A stretch of DNA of 64,000 nucleotides, taken from NCBI GenBank assembly GCA_004431415.1, contig QPMI01000482.1, positions 434,001 through 498,000 on the forward strand, read 5' to 3'. Below the pieces are notes generated by a model. That model saw nothing but the letters and a program-made list of their open reading frames with translations. It was not told the DNA's origin and did no database searches. Source of the stretch: Cyanophora paradoxa CCMP329. Lineage: Eukaryota > Plantae > Glaucophyta. The translations under genes were made by a program, and so were the position numbers. This document shows, one piece after another, positions 36,952 through 47,551 of this stretch (within the stretch, counting starts at the first letter, position 1; each line of letters opens with the position of its first letter).

Positions 36952-39900
36952 ATGCCGCCGGTACTAGTGCCGGCGCACCGGCGCGCGGGCACACATGCGC
37001 ACCTCGCGGTGGCGGCGCTGCTCGTGTGCGCCCTGAGCATGCACTTCCCCTCCGGTGCGCGCCGCCCCGCAGGTCGCTGCGCCCTCTAGATCTTCGACCC
37101 CGCCCGCGGCCGCCCCTAACCTCTCGCTCGTGCGTCCCTCCCGGCGCGCTCGCCCTCAGCCTCGGGCTTCGCGACGCTCTACCAGTCGGGCTCTGACGTC
37201 TTCTGCGCCGTCGGAGAGTGCGCTGCCGTTGACCCTCTGCCGAAAAACTCGCCAGATCCATGGCCAGTTCTAGATCGAGAGCTCGCGATCGAGCGCTCGA
37301 CGATGCGGCCGCGGGGCCACGCGCACGGGCGTACGTGCCTAGCTTATGGGGCCGGGCGCCGGCTGCAGGACGTGCAAGGTGGAGTGGAGCAGCACGGAGG
37401 CGGTAAACTTCTACTTCTGCAAGTCCGGCTCCCTCACCCAGGACGCCTGCTTCCGCGTGCGCGCCCCGCCCTGCACCCTCGCCGGCTGCGAGGGCGCGCG
37501 CTTGAGGCGTCGTGTGACGGGTTCCGGCGGCGCGTGCTGGCAGCTGGCGGCCAACAAGGCGGCGAGCAGCAGCCGGACGGTCTCGTACTTCACGCCCACC
37601 CTCGCCGACTTCCAGACGTGCGCGCCCCGGCCCCATTCCCCGCCTCCCCCCACACCTCTCTCGAGCTCGGGGCCCCTCGCAGAGTCTGCGGCTCAACATC
37701 CTAGTGCGCCCCTGCCCCCGACCCCGGCAACCCCTGCCCCTCTCTGACCCCCCCCCCCCCCTCCACAGCGGGTGCCTGGTGATGTGGGTGGTGTGGCCGA
37801 GCGCGTCGAGCGTCGCCTCGGACTCGCGCTCCCTCGACGTCGCCCTCATGCGCAACGACGTCCTCTCCTACCGGCCCGCCCCCGCCCCCCCGTCACACCG
37901 CCCCTCGCAGCCCAGAGGGGCGGCGACGCGGGAATGCCTGCGTCGGCGGCTGACCGGCCGGCGCCTCCCACCGCAGGGCGGACACGTCGGAGTCGTGCCA
38001 GGCCGACGACACGTGCAAGGTGCGGCTTCCCCGGCCGCGGGGGCCCCCAGCTCTCCCTTGCGCCCCCCTGCGGGTCTAGAGCCGGCGCGGGGGGCGCCAG
38101 CGTCGCGCCAGCGCCCCGCTCACCGCCGGCAGGTGCACTGGACGGGGGTCTACCGCGCAGACGTCTACCTCTGCAAGGCCTCCGCCTTCGCCTCTTCCTC
38201 CTGCCACAGGGTCCGCGCGCCCCCGGCCCCGGCCCGGCACGACATCGCGCATGCGCGAGCTCCGCGTGAGCGGTGCGCGCCGGGCGGCAGATCGTGTCGG
38301 GGGCGGAGTGGGTGCACGAGCCGACGACCTTCAAGCTCCCCTCCGCCGCCGTCTCCGCCGTCTGCGGCAGCGCCGCCTCCTCCTGCGCCGCCTACTGGGT
38401 CAGCGCGCTCGATCTCGACCTCCGGATCTCATAGAGGACCCTCGCCTCTCTTCCTCACGGGGGGCGGCAGGTTGTGATGCCGGCCGGCTCGTCGACGGGG
38501 GCGCTGGGGGACTCGGAGGCGGTGGCGGTGAAGGCGGCCCCGAGCGCGAGCGCATCCTCCGCCGTCGTTGCCATCGTCGTCGTGTGCGCCCGCGCCCGCC
38601 GCCCCCCGCCGAGCCCCCCGCCCCAGCTGCACGCCACTCGCGATCGAGCGCGGGGGCTTGGCCTGGCTGCGGCTGATGGCGAGGGGCGCGCAGGGTGGTG
38701 ATCGGCGCGCTGGTGGTGGTGGCGGTCGCCGCGGCGATCGTCGTCAGGCGGCGCCGCGGCCGGCGCGCCAAGATCGGCGCCTTCGCCTCCGGCCCCAACG
38801 AGGTCCGCTCCGCTCCGAGGCTGCCCCGAGGCTCTCGCCCCCCGCTGAGCCGCCTCGTTTCCAGGTGGCAGGCGGGCCCAAGCCGATCACAGTGTGCGCA
38901 CGCGTCGCCTCGATCGTGGTTCAGTCCACTCTCAACAGTCGGGGCTGACGCGGCTCGCTCCCCTCCGCAGCATCTCGAGCGCTCTCGTGGCCCCCGTCCC
39001 CATGCAGCCGTACCCCATGCAGCCGCAGCAGCAGCCGTACCCCTACGCCCCGCAGCAGCAGGCCTTCATGCCCCAGCAGCCGTACCCGGGTGAGTTTGAG
39101 CGGCCCTTTGCCGTCCCCTCCAGTACTCAAAAGCTCATCCGTTGGAGCAGGCGGGTACCCGAGGCAGGGATATCCCCCCGCCCCCGGCTACAGCTACCAA
39201 TACCAGCAGCAAGCGCAGCCACAGCCGATGGAGCAGCCGATGACCATGCACCCCCAGATGCAGATGCAGCAGCCTCCTGGGTACCCCCCGCAGCCGCAGC
39301 AGCAGCAGCCGGGGTACCCTCCGCCGCCGGAGGGGTACCCCGGGGCGGAGGTGAGCCGCGACCTCTTCCGATCGGGGAGCATGGCGGGCGCCGGGGCGGC
39401 CCCCGCCGGCCCTCTCTTCGCGCGCAGCGCGTCGCTCGGGCCCCAGTGCGCCCGCCTGCCTCCCCTCCGCTCCCCTTCCCATTCGCTTTCCTCTGATCCG
39501 TTCCTGTCGCTTTCAGGTTCGAATACCACGTCTTCATCAGGTGCCAGCCCCCTGCGCTCGTCGAGCCGACATTAAGAAACGTTTAAGGGCTCTGACGGGG
39601 CGGCAGCTACCGGCGGGCCGGGGGCGCGGACCGGGCGCACTTCATCCGGGACCGCCTGGCGGCGCAGGGCTACAAGGTCTTCATGGACGTCACGGAGCTC
39701 GGCCAGGGCAACTTCGAGTCCCAGATCGTCGTGCGCCCCCGCGACGCCGCCGGCTTCGGAGCTCGATCTCCCCCCCCTCTGCCGTGAAGTGAGCTCGAGG
39801 CGCGGCCGCTGAGGCGCGGGGGCCGGGGCCCGGGGCGGGGACAGAACTGGCTGCGGGGCTCGGCGTGCGTGCTGGTGGTGCTCTCGCCGGGGGCCCTCGA

Positions 39901-40347
39901 CCGCTGCCGCGACGAGGCCGACTGGGTCCGCAAGGAGCTCGCCATGGCCTGCGCCCTCAAGAAGGCCCGCCTCGAGCCCGCCCCGCGCCCCGCCCCCCCG
40001 CCTCCGCTGAGCGGCGCCCAGACGATCGTGCCCGTGACGGACGCGGCGTTCACGTGGCCCCACGAGGGCGACCTCCCCGACGAGATCCGCGCCATGCCGC
40101 GCCACAACGGTGCCGGCTCCCCCCGCATCCCCCGCCACCCTCAGCGGGGCCCCTGATCATGACTTGGGCCGGCGCAGGGGTGATGTGGCACCACGACATG
40201 GTGGACGCCTGCATGCAGCGCATCTGCGCCTTCGTCGACGGCTCCGTCCGCAGCGCCACCCTCGCCCCGGCGCAGGGCCCCGCCCTCGCCCCGGCGCAGT
40301 GCCCCGCCCCCCACGCCGCCCCCGCTGGCCTCCAGGCGAGCCAGTAG
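36952..40347 (+). CDS. Single-pass transmembrane receptor with a duplicated Cys-rich ectodomain and a cytoplasmic SARM1-like TIR domain
   Basis: Signal peptide LAVAALLVCALSMHFPSASG; two 6-Cys repeats; TM VVAIVVVVVIGALVVVAVAAAIVV followed by RRRRGRRAK; P/Q/Y/G linker; TIR YHVFISYRR..YKVFMDVTELGQGNFESQI..VLVVLSPGALDRC..DWVRKEL..KTIVPV..FTWP..LPDEI..HNGVMWHH. Exon phases are compatible across all joins I reconstructed. Confidence 0.9.
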
Positions 40348-41094
40348 CTCTTTCGCGCTGCTTCAAGTTCGCGCTGCCCCCGCCGCCGCGCTAAGAAATT
40401 TCTTAGTAGCTCGTGGATCGATTTCATCTTCATTCATGTGCGAACTCAGTGGCTCTCATCTGGATTAATTTCGATTGCGAGTATGCAGCTCGTAAGCTTA
40501 GGTTTGTTCTGTATTTGCAGTTGCTTCATGCATGTACAGCTGCTTCAACTTGGCAATTCTGTATTCTTTATTCTGGATTCTGTAGTCCAGTACTAGTACT
40601 AGTGCAGTCCGGATCTATTACGTATACTAGTCTGAGAGTCTTGACCTTCGCTTCCGTATACAGCCACGCTCGATGCCCCGAGGTTCCCAATTAACGCAGT
40701 GATCAATCAACACTGTGACATTCACACGGCCTCATTAGTTTTCCAGTATACATAGTACTCATGATCGATCAATGCATATGGTCCCATTAGTGTTCCCCGT
40801 TGGTTTTCGCGAGCTGATCATGACGATATCGATGTGCGTGTTTGCAACAAGGTTTAGATCTATAGCTAGCGCTAAATTGCAATTGCTGAATTAATGTCGA
40901 CTATAGCTATCGAATTCGATTCCGGTGTTCTCTGAAGCTCATCATGGCCATACCAGTCAGAGTCGACGTCGACGTCGAAATGGTACCGGTGCGCGAAATT
41001 CTGACAAAGTTGGCTAAGCTTTCAAGAAATGTACAAAATCTATAGCTAAGACGGTGCTGAGCTTGAGCATGATTCGGGGCCCTCCGGATCCAGC

Positions 41095-44000
41095 CTAGGA
41101 GACGCTCTTAAAAGCGGCGGCGGGGGCGGAGCTGCGGCGGCGCTTCGCGGCCCCCTGCTCGATCGGCTCGCGCGCCACAGACACCTGCAAGAAAATTAAA
41201 GCGAGGCCGGTCAGGTCGTTCGCGAGACACGCGTTGAAAGGAGGCTTAAGCTTTGGGTTGTTCATCAAATCGAAGTTTGAGAGGGCTGCGGGCCTTGGCG
41301 TAGACGCGGGAGGCGACGGCGGCGGCGACCATGCGGGGCCCGCCCTCCAGCTGCACGCTCCCCGCCCGCCCCCGCCCGCCCTCCCCCGCGCCCCTGCCCC
41401 CGCATCCGATCGACTCGAGGGCCGAATCTGAGGCTCGGAAGGGCCGGCGCACGCGAGGGGGAGGCTCTCCTCCGCGTCGGCCTCAGCGCCGCTCCCGTCC
41501 CCGCTCGAGAGCGCCCGCTTCGCCCCGCGCCTCCCGCCCCCGCCCCCGCCCTGCGGGGAACAGCGGTGATGAGAGCTGGTGGGGCGCCGGCGGGGCGGGC
41601 GGGCCTTCTTGGAGGGGAGAGGGGCCTGGCCGCCGGCCTGCGCCTCCTGCCCCGCCAGCGTCCCCCGCCCCGCCTTCCCCTTCCGCCCCGCCGCCCCCGC
41701 CCCCGCCCCCGCCTTCCCCTGCGCCTCGGCGTCCCCCGCGTCGAAGTCGAAGGCTGCCGAATGACAGCGCGCGCGATCAGCTTTCCGCGCATGGCAGATA
41801 GCACCGCTTTAAATTCAAAATGAAATCTGAGAGGGCATGGCTGCATCCGGAATCAATTTACTCACCGCTGGCAGCAACGGAGCCCTCCTTGTCCCCTGCG
41901 GAATTCGAAGTAAAATAATTATATAATGTCGATGCATATGCTGGATTCTAATTTCGCGCAAGCGCGAATAATTTTAAATGGCGTCGTAGGGGGCCACCGG
42001 TGCGGGTTGCGCCCGTGGCTGCGGGGGCCTTGGCCTTGTCGGCCTCGTGGGGCGGCGGGTGGCCAGCGATGGCGACGGCAGCGGGCCCCGGGGGCGGTTT
42101 CGGGATGCCCCCGGCGACGTCACCCTGCGCACGTCGCTGAGCTTGGATGCGCAATCGGACTGTTTTGACTTCTAGTTGATGAAGATATGGAGAGATCAAT
42201 CTTCATTCCATATCTTAATTTAATTTCTTGAAAATCGCGAGAGCTGGCGCGCAGGGACCGGGGGCGAGGGGGCGCGCGGGCCTGCTTGGCGAGCTCGAAG
42301 AGGCGGTCGTTCAGAGCGTCCGCCACAACCTGCCGCCCTGCGCACGCCCCCCCCGCCCCCGCCTCGACTTGGAGCGCGGACCGTTTTATGTATTGGCCGG
42401 GCCGGGGCTCGCGATCGCGGGCGGGCGCACCGCGGCCGCGGCCGCGGGGGGGACGAAGAAGGCCCTCCTTCTCCATCCGCTCCATCGCGACCTGAGGCGA
42501 GTCGAGTGAGCTCGGGCGAGGCCGGATGCTTCGGGTTCGAAGGGAGGGCGGGCCTCGACGTCGGGGAGGGCGAGGCCGGAGGCCTCGGCGAGGGCCCCCG
42601 CGCTCACGGAGGCCTTCCCCGCCGCCGCCTGCACGCACAGCGCGTACTTCTCTGCGCCCCGCCCCCTCGAGCTCAGGACCGACCGCGAGGCGCGGGCGGG
42701 GGCGCGGAGGGCGGGGGCGGCGTGATCGGGCGGGCGGACGCTCGTCGGCGGAGGCGTCGCGGGGCTGCTCCTGCGCCGCCCCCTCCCCTGCCTCCTCCAT
42801 CACCATCGCCGTCGCCCCCGCCTCCTGCCCCCGCGGTCCCCGACTTGAATCCCTCGGATTCAAGTAGAGAGCACGGCGTGCATCGATGCGCAGCGCATCT
42901 ACATGCGGATCGACGGACCGCGGGCTCGGCGGCGGCCTCCCGCGGGGCGAGCGGGGGCGAGGGAGCGGTGGTGCGCTGCAGCTGCGTCGGGATCTTCTCG
43001 CGGTCGGCGGTGTGGGCGGCGATCGACGCCGACACCGATACCGGCACCGACGCCTCGGAGGACGCGGCCTGCGAGGAAGATTAATCATAAAGGCAGTCGG
43101 AGCGATATCCGCGGATTTAAATTTCTGCCCTTCGGAATGAATTCGAGAGGGGTGTGGGGGGGCGGGCCTCGCGGTCGGCGGTGGCGTGGCGGGGGATGCG
43201 GAGGGCCCAGCGGCTCGCCCCGCGCTTCACGAGGACGCCCTCCTCCGCCATCTGGTCCAGGAACGCTGCAGCCCCGCGCCGCGCCCGGAACGCATCGACT
43301 TTATATCAGAGATGAATTCGATCGCGGGGCGGGGCGCGCACCGCGGACGGTGTCCTCGTCGAGGAAGGGGAAGGCGGTGGAGAGGGCCTTCAGGGGGGGG
43401 GGGGGGGGGGGGGGGGCGTTAGAGCCGCGAAAAGCGGGGGCGAGGGCCTTGGCCTTGGGGCGGGGCGCCGGGGGGCGGGCCTTCATGTTGGGGGCGAGGC
43501 GGCGGGCCTTGATCTCCTCGACGGCCCCGTCGTACGCCGCGTCCACGTCGACCTCGGCTTCCCCGCCCCCCGCCGCCTGCGCGAGCGAGCGAGCGCGACC
43601 CTGCCATCAGCACGATGTCGACCGCAGGAAGGAATATTACTGGAAATTCAAGAGCGGACGGTGAGGAGACCCACCTCCTCGTCTGGGGCCTCGGACGGCG
43701 CCTCCGGGGCGGGCTCCGGAGCCGGCGCAGCGCGAGATTTATTGCCGACAGCTGTGCACGCCGGCGAATCAATTTGCAAATGCGAACAGACGTATACTTA
43801 AGGCTAGTGTGCGCAGCGAATTAAGATTGCAGAATAAATCTAAAAAGACTAGGGCGCTCTAGGTAGGTCTAGGCCTCGGGCCTAGAGCTCGAGGTATTAT
43901 TAACATTGTTATTATTATTGATGCCAAGGGCGGGGAGCCTCGGAGCTCACAGAGGCCGGAAAGACCGCCCTTGAGAGGCTCCTCCTGCGCGCGAGCCCTG

Positions 44001-45966
44001 CAGAGCCCTCCTCAGCACGAAAATGCAGAGAGCGGGCGGGCGCGCACTTGGCCGCGGCCGGCGCCGCCGCCTCGTCGAGCTCGTCCAACACCGACGTGTC
44101 GATGTCCCCGCCCGCGATCTGGCGAGAAGCAGCGGTCGCGAGAGCTCGGCCCCGCGAGGTTCACGCGCAGATCGATATCTAGAGTCGGAGAGCTTGATTT
44201 CCCGGCGGGGCTCCACCTTCAGGGTGAGGTTGTGGTACTGCGTCTCGACGTTTCCGACCTGCGCGTGCATTTCAAATTTATAAAGTTCGTCGGCCGCGGG
44301 CCGGCCTTCAATTTTCGCGCGCTATACGTTTGCTTTTCCGCACCTTGATCTTAGCGAGGGTGGGGTCCACGCGCGCTGCGTCTTGAATACGAAGAATGGA
44401 ATGTTAATTCGATTTGAGGTACAGCTCATTTAAAAACTACATCATGATTGGCACCTGGTGGACCGGCGCTGAAGAACTCGGGCTCGTAATCTGCGAGGCA
44501 CGTCGCGTCACAATATTACAATATTAGAATTCACTCAGCGGCGTGAAAAAACCAGTCGATCGCACCCGGCGGGGTTATGTCATCGCGGTACAGCAGCTTC
44601 ATTGTCAGGAAACGTTCGTCTGCGGTGGATCGAATTTAGCAATCGGCTTTAGGCCTCGGGCTGGAGCTCGAGGTTCATAAGAATATGACTGCGTTCAGAC
44701 CGGGGATCGGAGGGAGGGTCTGGGCGAGTGTGATGAGAGTGCGAAGCAGCCGAACTGCGAATGCGAAAATGGAGAAATTAATTATATAAATCGATTTCCC
44801 GGGCCGGTGCGTTGCCGCGCTGTTTTGATTTGGGGCGCAAACTTCTATAGTTAGTTGATTGCTTGCAATTTGCTTCTGTACGGACCTGTGGCGCCGGTGA
44901 TCTCGGCGCGCGTGGGGCCGGCCGTCGCGGCGCCGGCGCCCTCGGTCGTCGTCGTCGCCTTGCGCCGGCCGTTCGTCGTCAGCTCCATTCGAGGGCCCGC
45001 GTCCGTGTACGTGATACCGACTGCGCGATCGCGATTAGGGATTTATGGAGTTCAATTGCAACGCGAACGTCGACGCAAAAGGGGACGCGGGGCGAGTGCG
45101 CACATTCGTAGCGCTCTAGAGCCGTCGACTCGTCATCCGGATCGAGCATTACCGCGAATATCATCGCCCGCAGCTACGAATTTGATTCAAATGAAAAATT
45201 TAAAATTTGTAAACAAAGACCGTTAACGTTCATATGCATGGCCACGCACGTATTGCTTCTCAAGCGCATCGAAAACTCCTTTCTGTGCGCGCGTGCGATT
45301 ACTTGTCGAATGCAAGCGGCAGCTGCAGGCCTAGGCCCAGACATCGATATCGATGTTCATCTTGTTCTATCACGAGCTAGGCCGCACCTCGAGCCAGTCG
45401 ATGAGCAGGCGGGACTCCTCTGTATTCGCGATGATGGCCTACGAGCGGCAAAGGTAAGATTCTAGATCGAGGAGCTCGAGGAAAGGCAGCGCTAGCGCGC
45501 ACCTTGATATTGATCCCTGACACTGTGCGATCGTTGAAGCAATCTGAGCGCGCGCGAAAACTCTCTCAGCGCCTCCGATAACGAGGGCCGGCGCGTCCAA
45601 GAATCTAAGCTTGCGTAGTTTGGGGCGTCCAGCTCGGCCCGGGCCCAGGCAAGCTTTAAGGCAAGCCCGAGGCGCGGCCGCGGCCTTCGAATTCGGCACT
45701 TCATTGCACTTCGAGACGCGAAATTAAAAATGCCTCGCCTTCGGGGAAGATGTTGCGCAGGTAGCAGACCGAACTAATACTGGTTCGGAGGAGGTTGCGC
45801 ATCAATTTGAGGCTCTGCGCGAGCGGGCGCGCGATGTGAGCGCGGCTCGCGCCAAATTGATCGCCGGGCGCCCATTCGGGCCTGAGACTGCGCGCGAAGC
45901 TTCTCGCACCTGCTCTGATGTCACTTCCTGCTCGGTGCGGTGCGCCTGCGCCTGCGCGACCGCCAT
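41095..45966 (-). CDS. HOP1: Meiotic HORMA-domain axis protein HOP1/ASY1/HORMAD
   Basis: Exons [96 protein letters not shown] and VGNVETQYHNLTLK. The C-terminal KVSVAREPIEQGAAKRRR resembles the ASY1 closure motif. Confidence 0.93.
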
Positions 45967-46030
45967 TTTCGCGCCGCTGTGCTTCGCCGGGTACGTGGAA
46001 TTCAACGGGTACAGCATAGTCGGCCGAGCA

Positions 46031-46966
46031 ATGTCGTCGAAGCGGGCGAAGCCGTCGGTGCGCGCCAGTCCCGTGCGATCGAAGTAGCTAGCCATTACTC
46101 TTCGGACCGAGCGACCGAATCGCCCGGGGTCGTCGCCCACCCGCGCCAGCATTCCGCAGCGTTTCGGCGATTGCAGGCTCTCGTATTGGGCCTTCTAGCG
46201 CCGGGATAGCCATTATCGCCCGATCGGGCCTCCGGGAACGTGGGTTGCGACTCCGAGCCTCGGGGATGACGCCCCGCTATTCGCGGTTGATGCGCGACCT
46301 CCCGGAATCTGATACATCGGATTGCAGAAGGACGAGGAGGAAGAGGAGGAGGAGCAGGAGTCCGACTTCGACGAGCAGGAGAACAGCGAGAGCGACGAGG
46401 GGGAGTCGAAGGTGCCCGAGCTGGTCGCCCGTGTACACCACGTACGCGCTCGCTTCGGGCCCCTTAGCTCCTTGCAGAAACGGCGCAAGAGCGGCGAGAA
46501 GGGCAGCTCGTCGTCCGCTCCTAAGAAGAAGGACGCGGACGAGGAGGAGGGATCGGGCGAAGAGGAGGTTCGCTCCGCTTTCGCCGTTGCTATCTTCGAA
46601 TCCTAACGCATTCTCAGGAGGAGGGCTCCGAAGAATCTGAGGAGGGATCGGAGGAGGAGGAGGAGGATGGTGGCGAAGAGGATGGTGCGCCCCGCCGTGC
46701 CCCGCCCTGGGCCGCCCGCCTCCTAGGCTAGGCTCCGCCGCGTCGGGCCCGCCGCGCCCGGCCTGAGCTCGAGGCTCGGCCTGCCTCGCACCACGCTGCG
46801 GCTGACTCGTATACAATGCGCAGTTGCCGACGAGCTTGCCGCTTTGCAAGAGGAGGCCGACATGCCGATCGGCGAGGTGATGGAGCGCGCTGCACGGAAG
46901 CGCGGGAAGGACGCTCCGTCCCCGCCGCTCCCGCCGGGGGAGAAGGGGAAGCGGCGCGTTGGTTGA
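46031..46966 (+). CDS. Small, highly acidic, probably nuclear protein
   Basis: MSSKRAKPS followed by poly-Glu/Ser exons, a KKRRK NLS-like motif, and last exon ADELAALQEEADMPIGEVMERAARKRGK; canonical introns with matching phases. Confidence 0.7.
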
Positions 46967-47551
46967 GCTTAGAGTAGGATGTCGTTTTTCCCGCACCTCC
47001 GCCTCGGGCCCTCCCGGCGCCGGCAGTTCAGGTAGTTTCAAGTGTATTTTGGATTTTCCAGCGCAGTTCTCCAGTCTCGCTCAAGGGGCCGCGCAGCCCG
47101 CGGCGCCGGCCGCCCGCAGCCAGCGCCGGTTCGAAATATCGATCGGCATCGTATCGGGACTCGGGAGGCGCCAATACTACATCTAGTTCTGCAAGGTTCC
47201 CGGTTCCCGCCGGGCCGCGCATGGCGACCGTCGGACAACGCGCCGACGTCGACATGCACAGGCGCCGGCGTCCCGGCGCGGCCACGTGCACGCTGCTGGC
47301 TACATATACGTAAGTATACGCTGAATTGGTTTTTAATTTTCGCCACACGAGACATCGATGCATCACTCCGGCTGGCGCATCATGGCATAGGGAAGCTCGG
47401 GCTGCTGTCAAAGAGCGGCTGCATTATGAGCTTGCTGGTAGAGCGAGCCCAGGTCGAGCGAGCCCGGCTGCGGGCTGCCGCGATGCGCGGCCAGTGGGCC
47501 AGTGGGCCACTGTCTGGGGGGTACGTCGCCACACATCGGCGCAAAGCGCGA

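Noticed and set aside
39517-40240. TIR domain as bacterial contamination or as a true SARM1 ortholog
   Set aside because: It is interrupted by four host-style introns, and the gene has no ARM or SAM domains.
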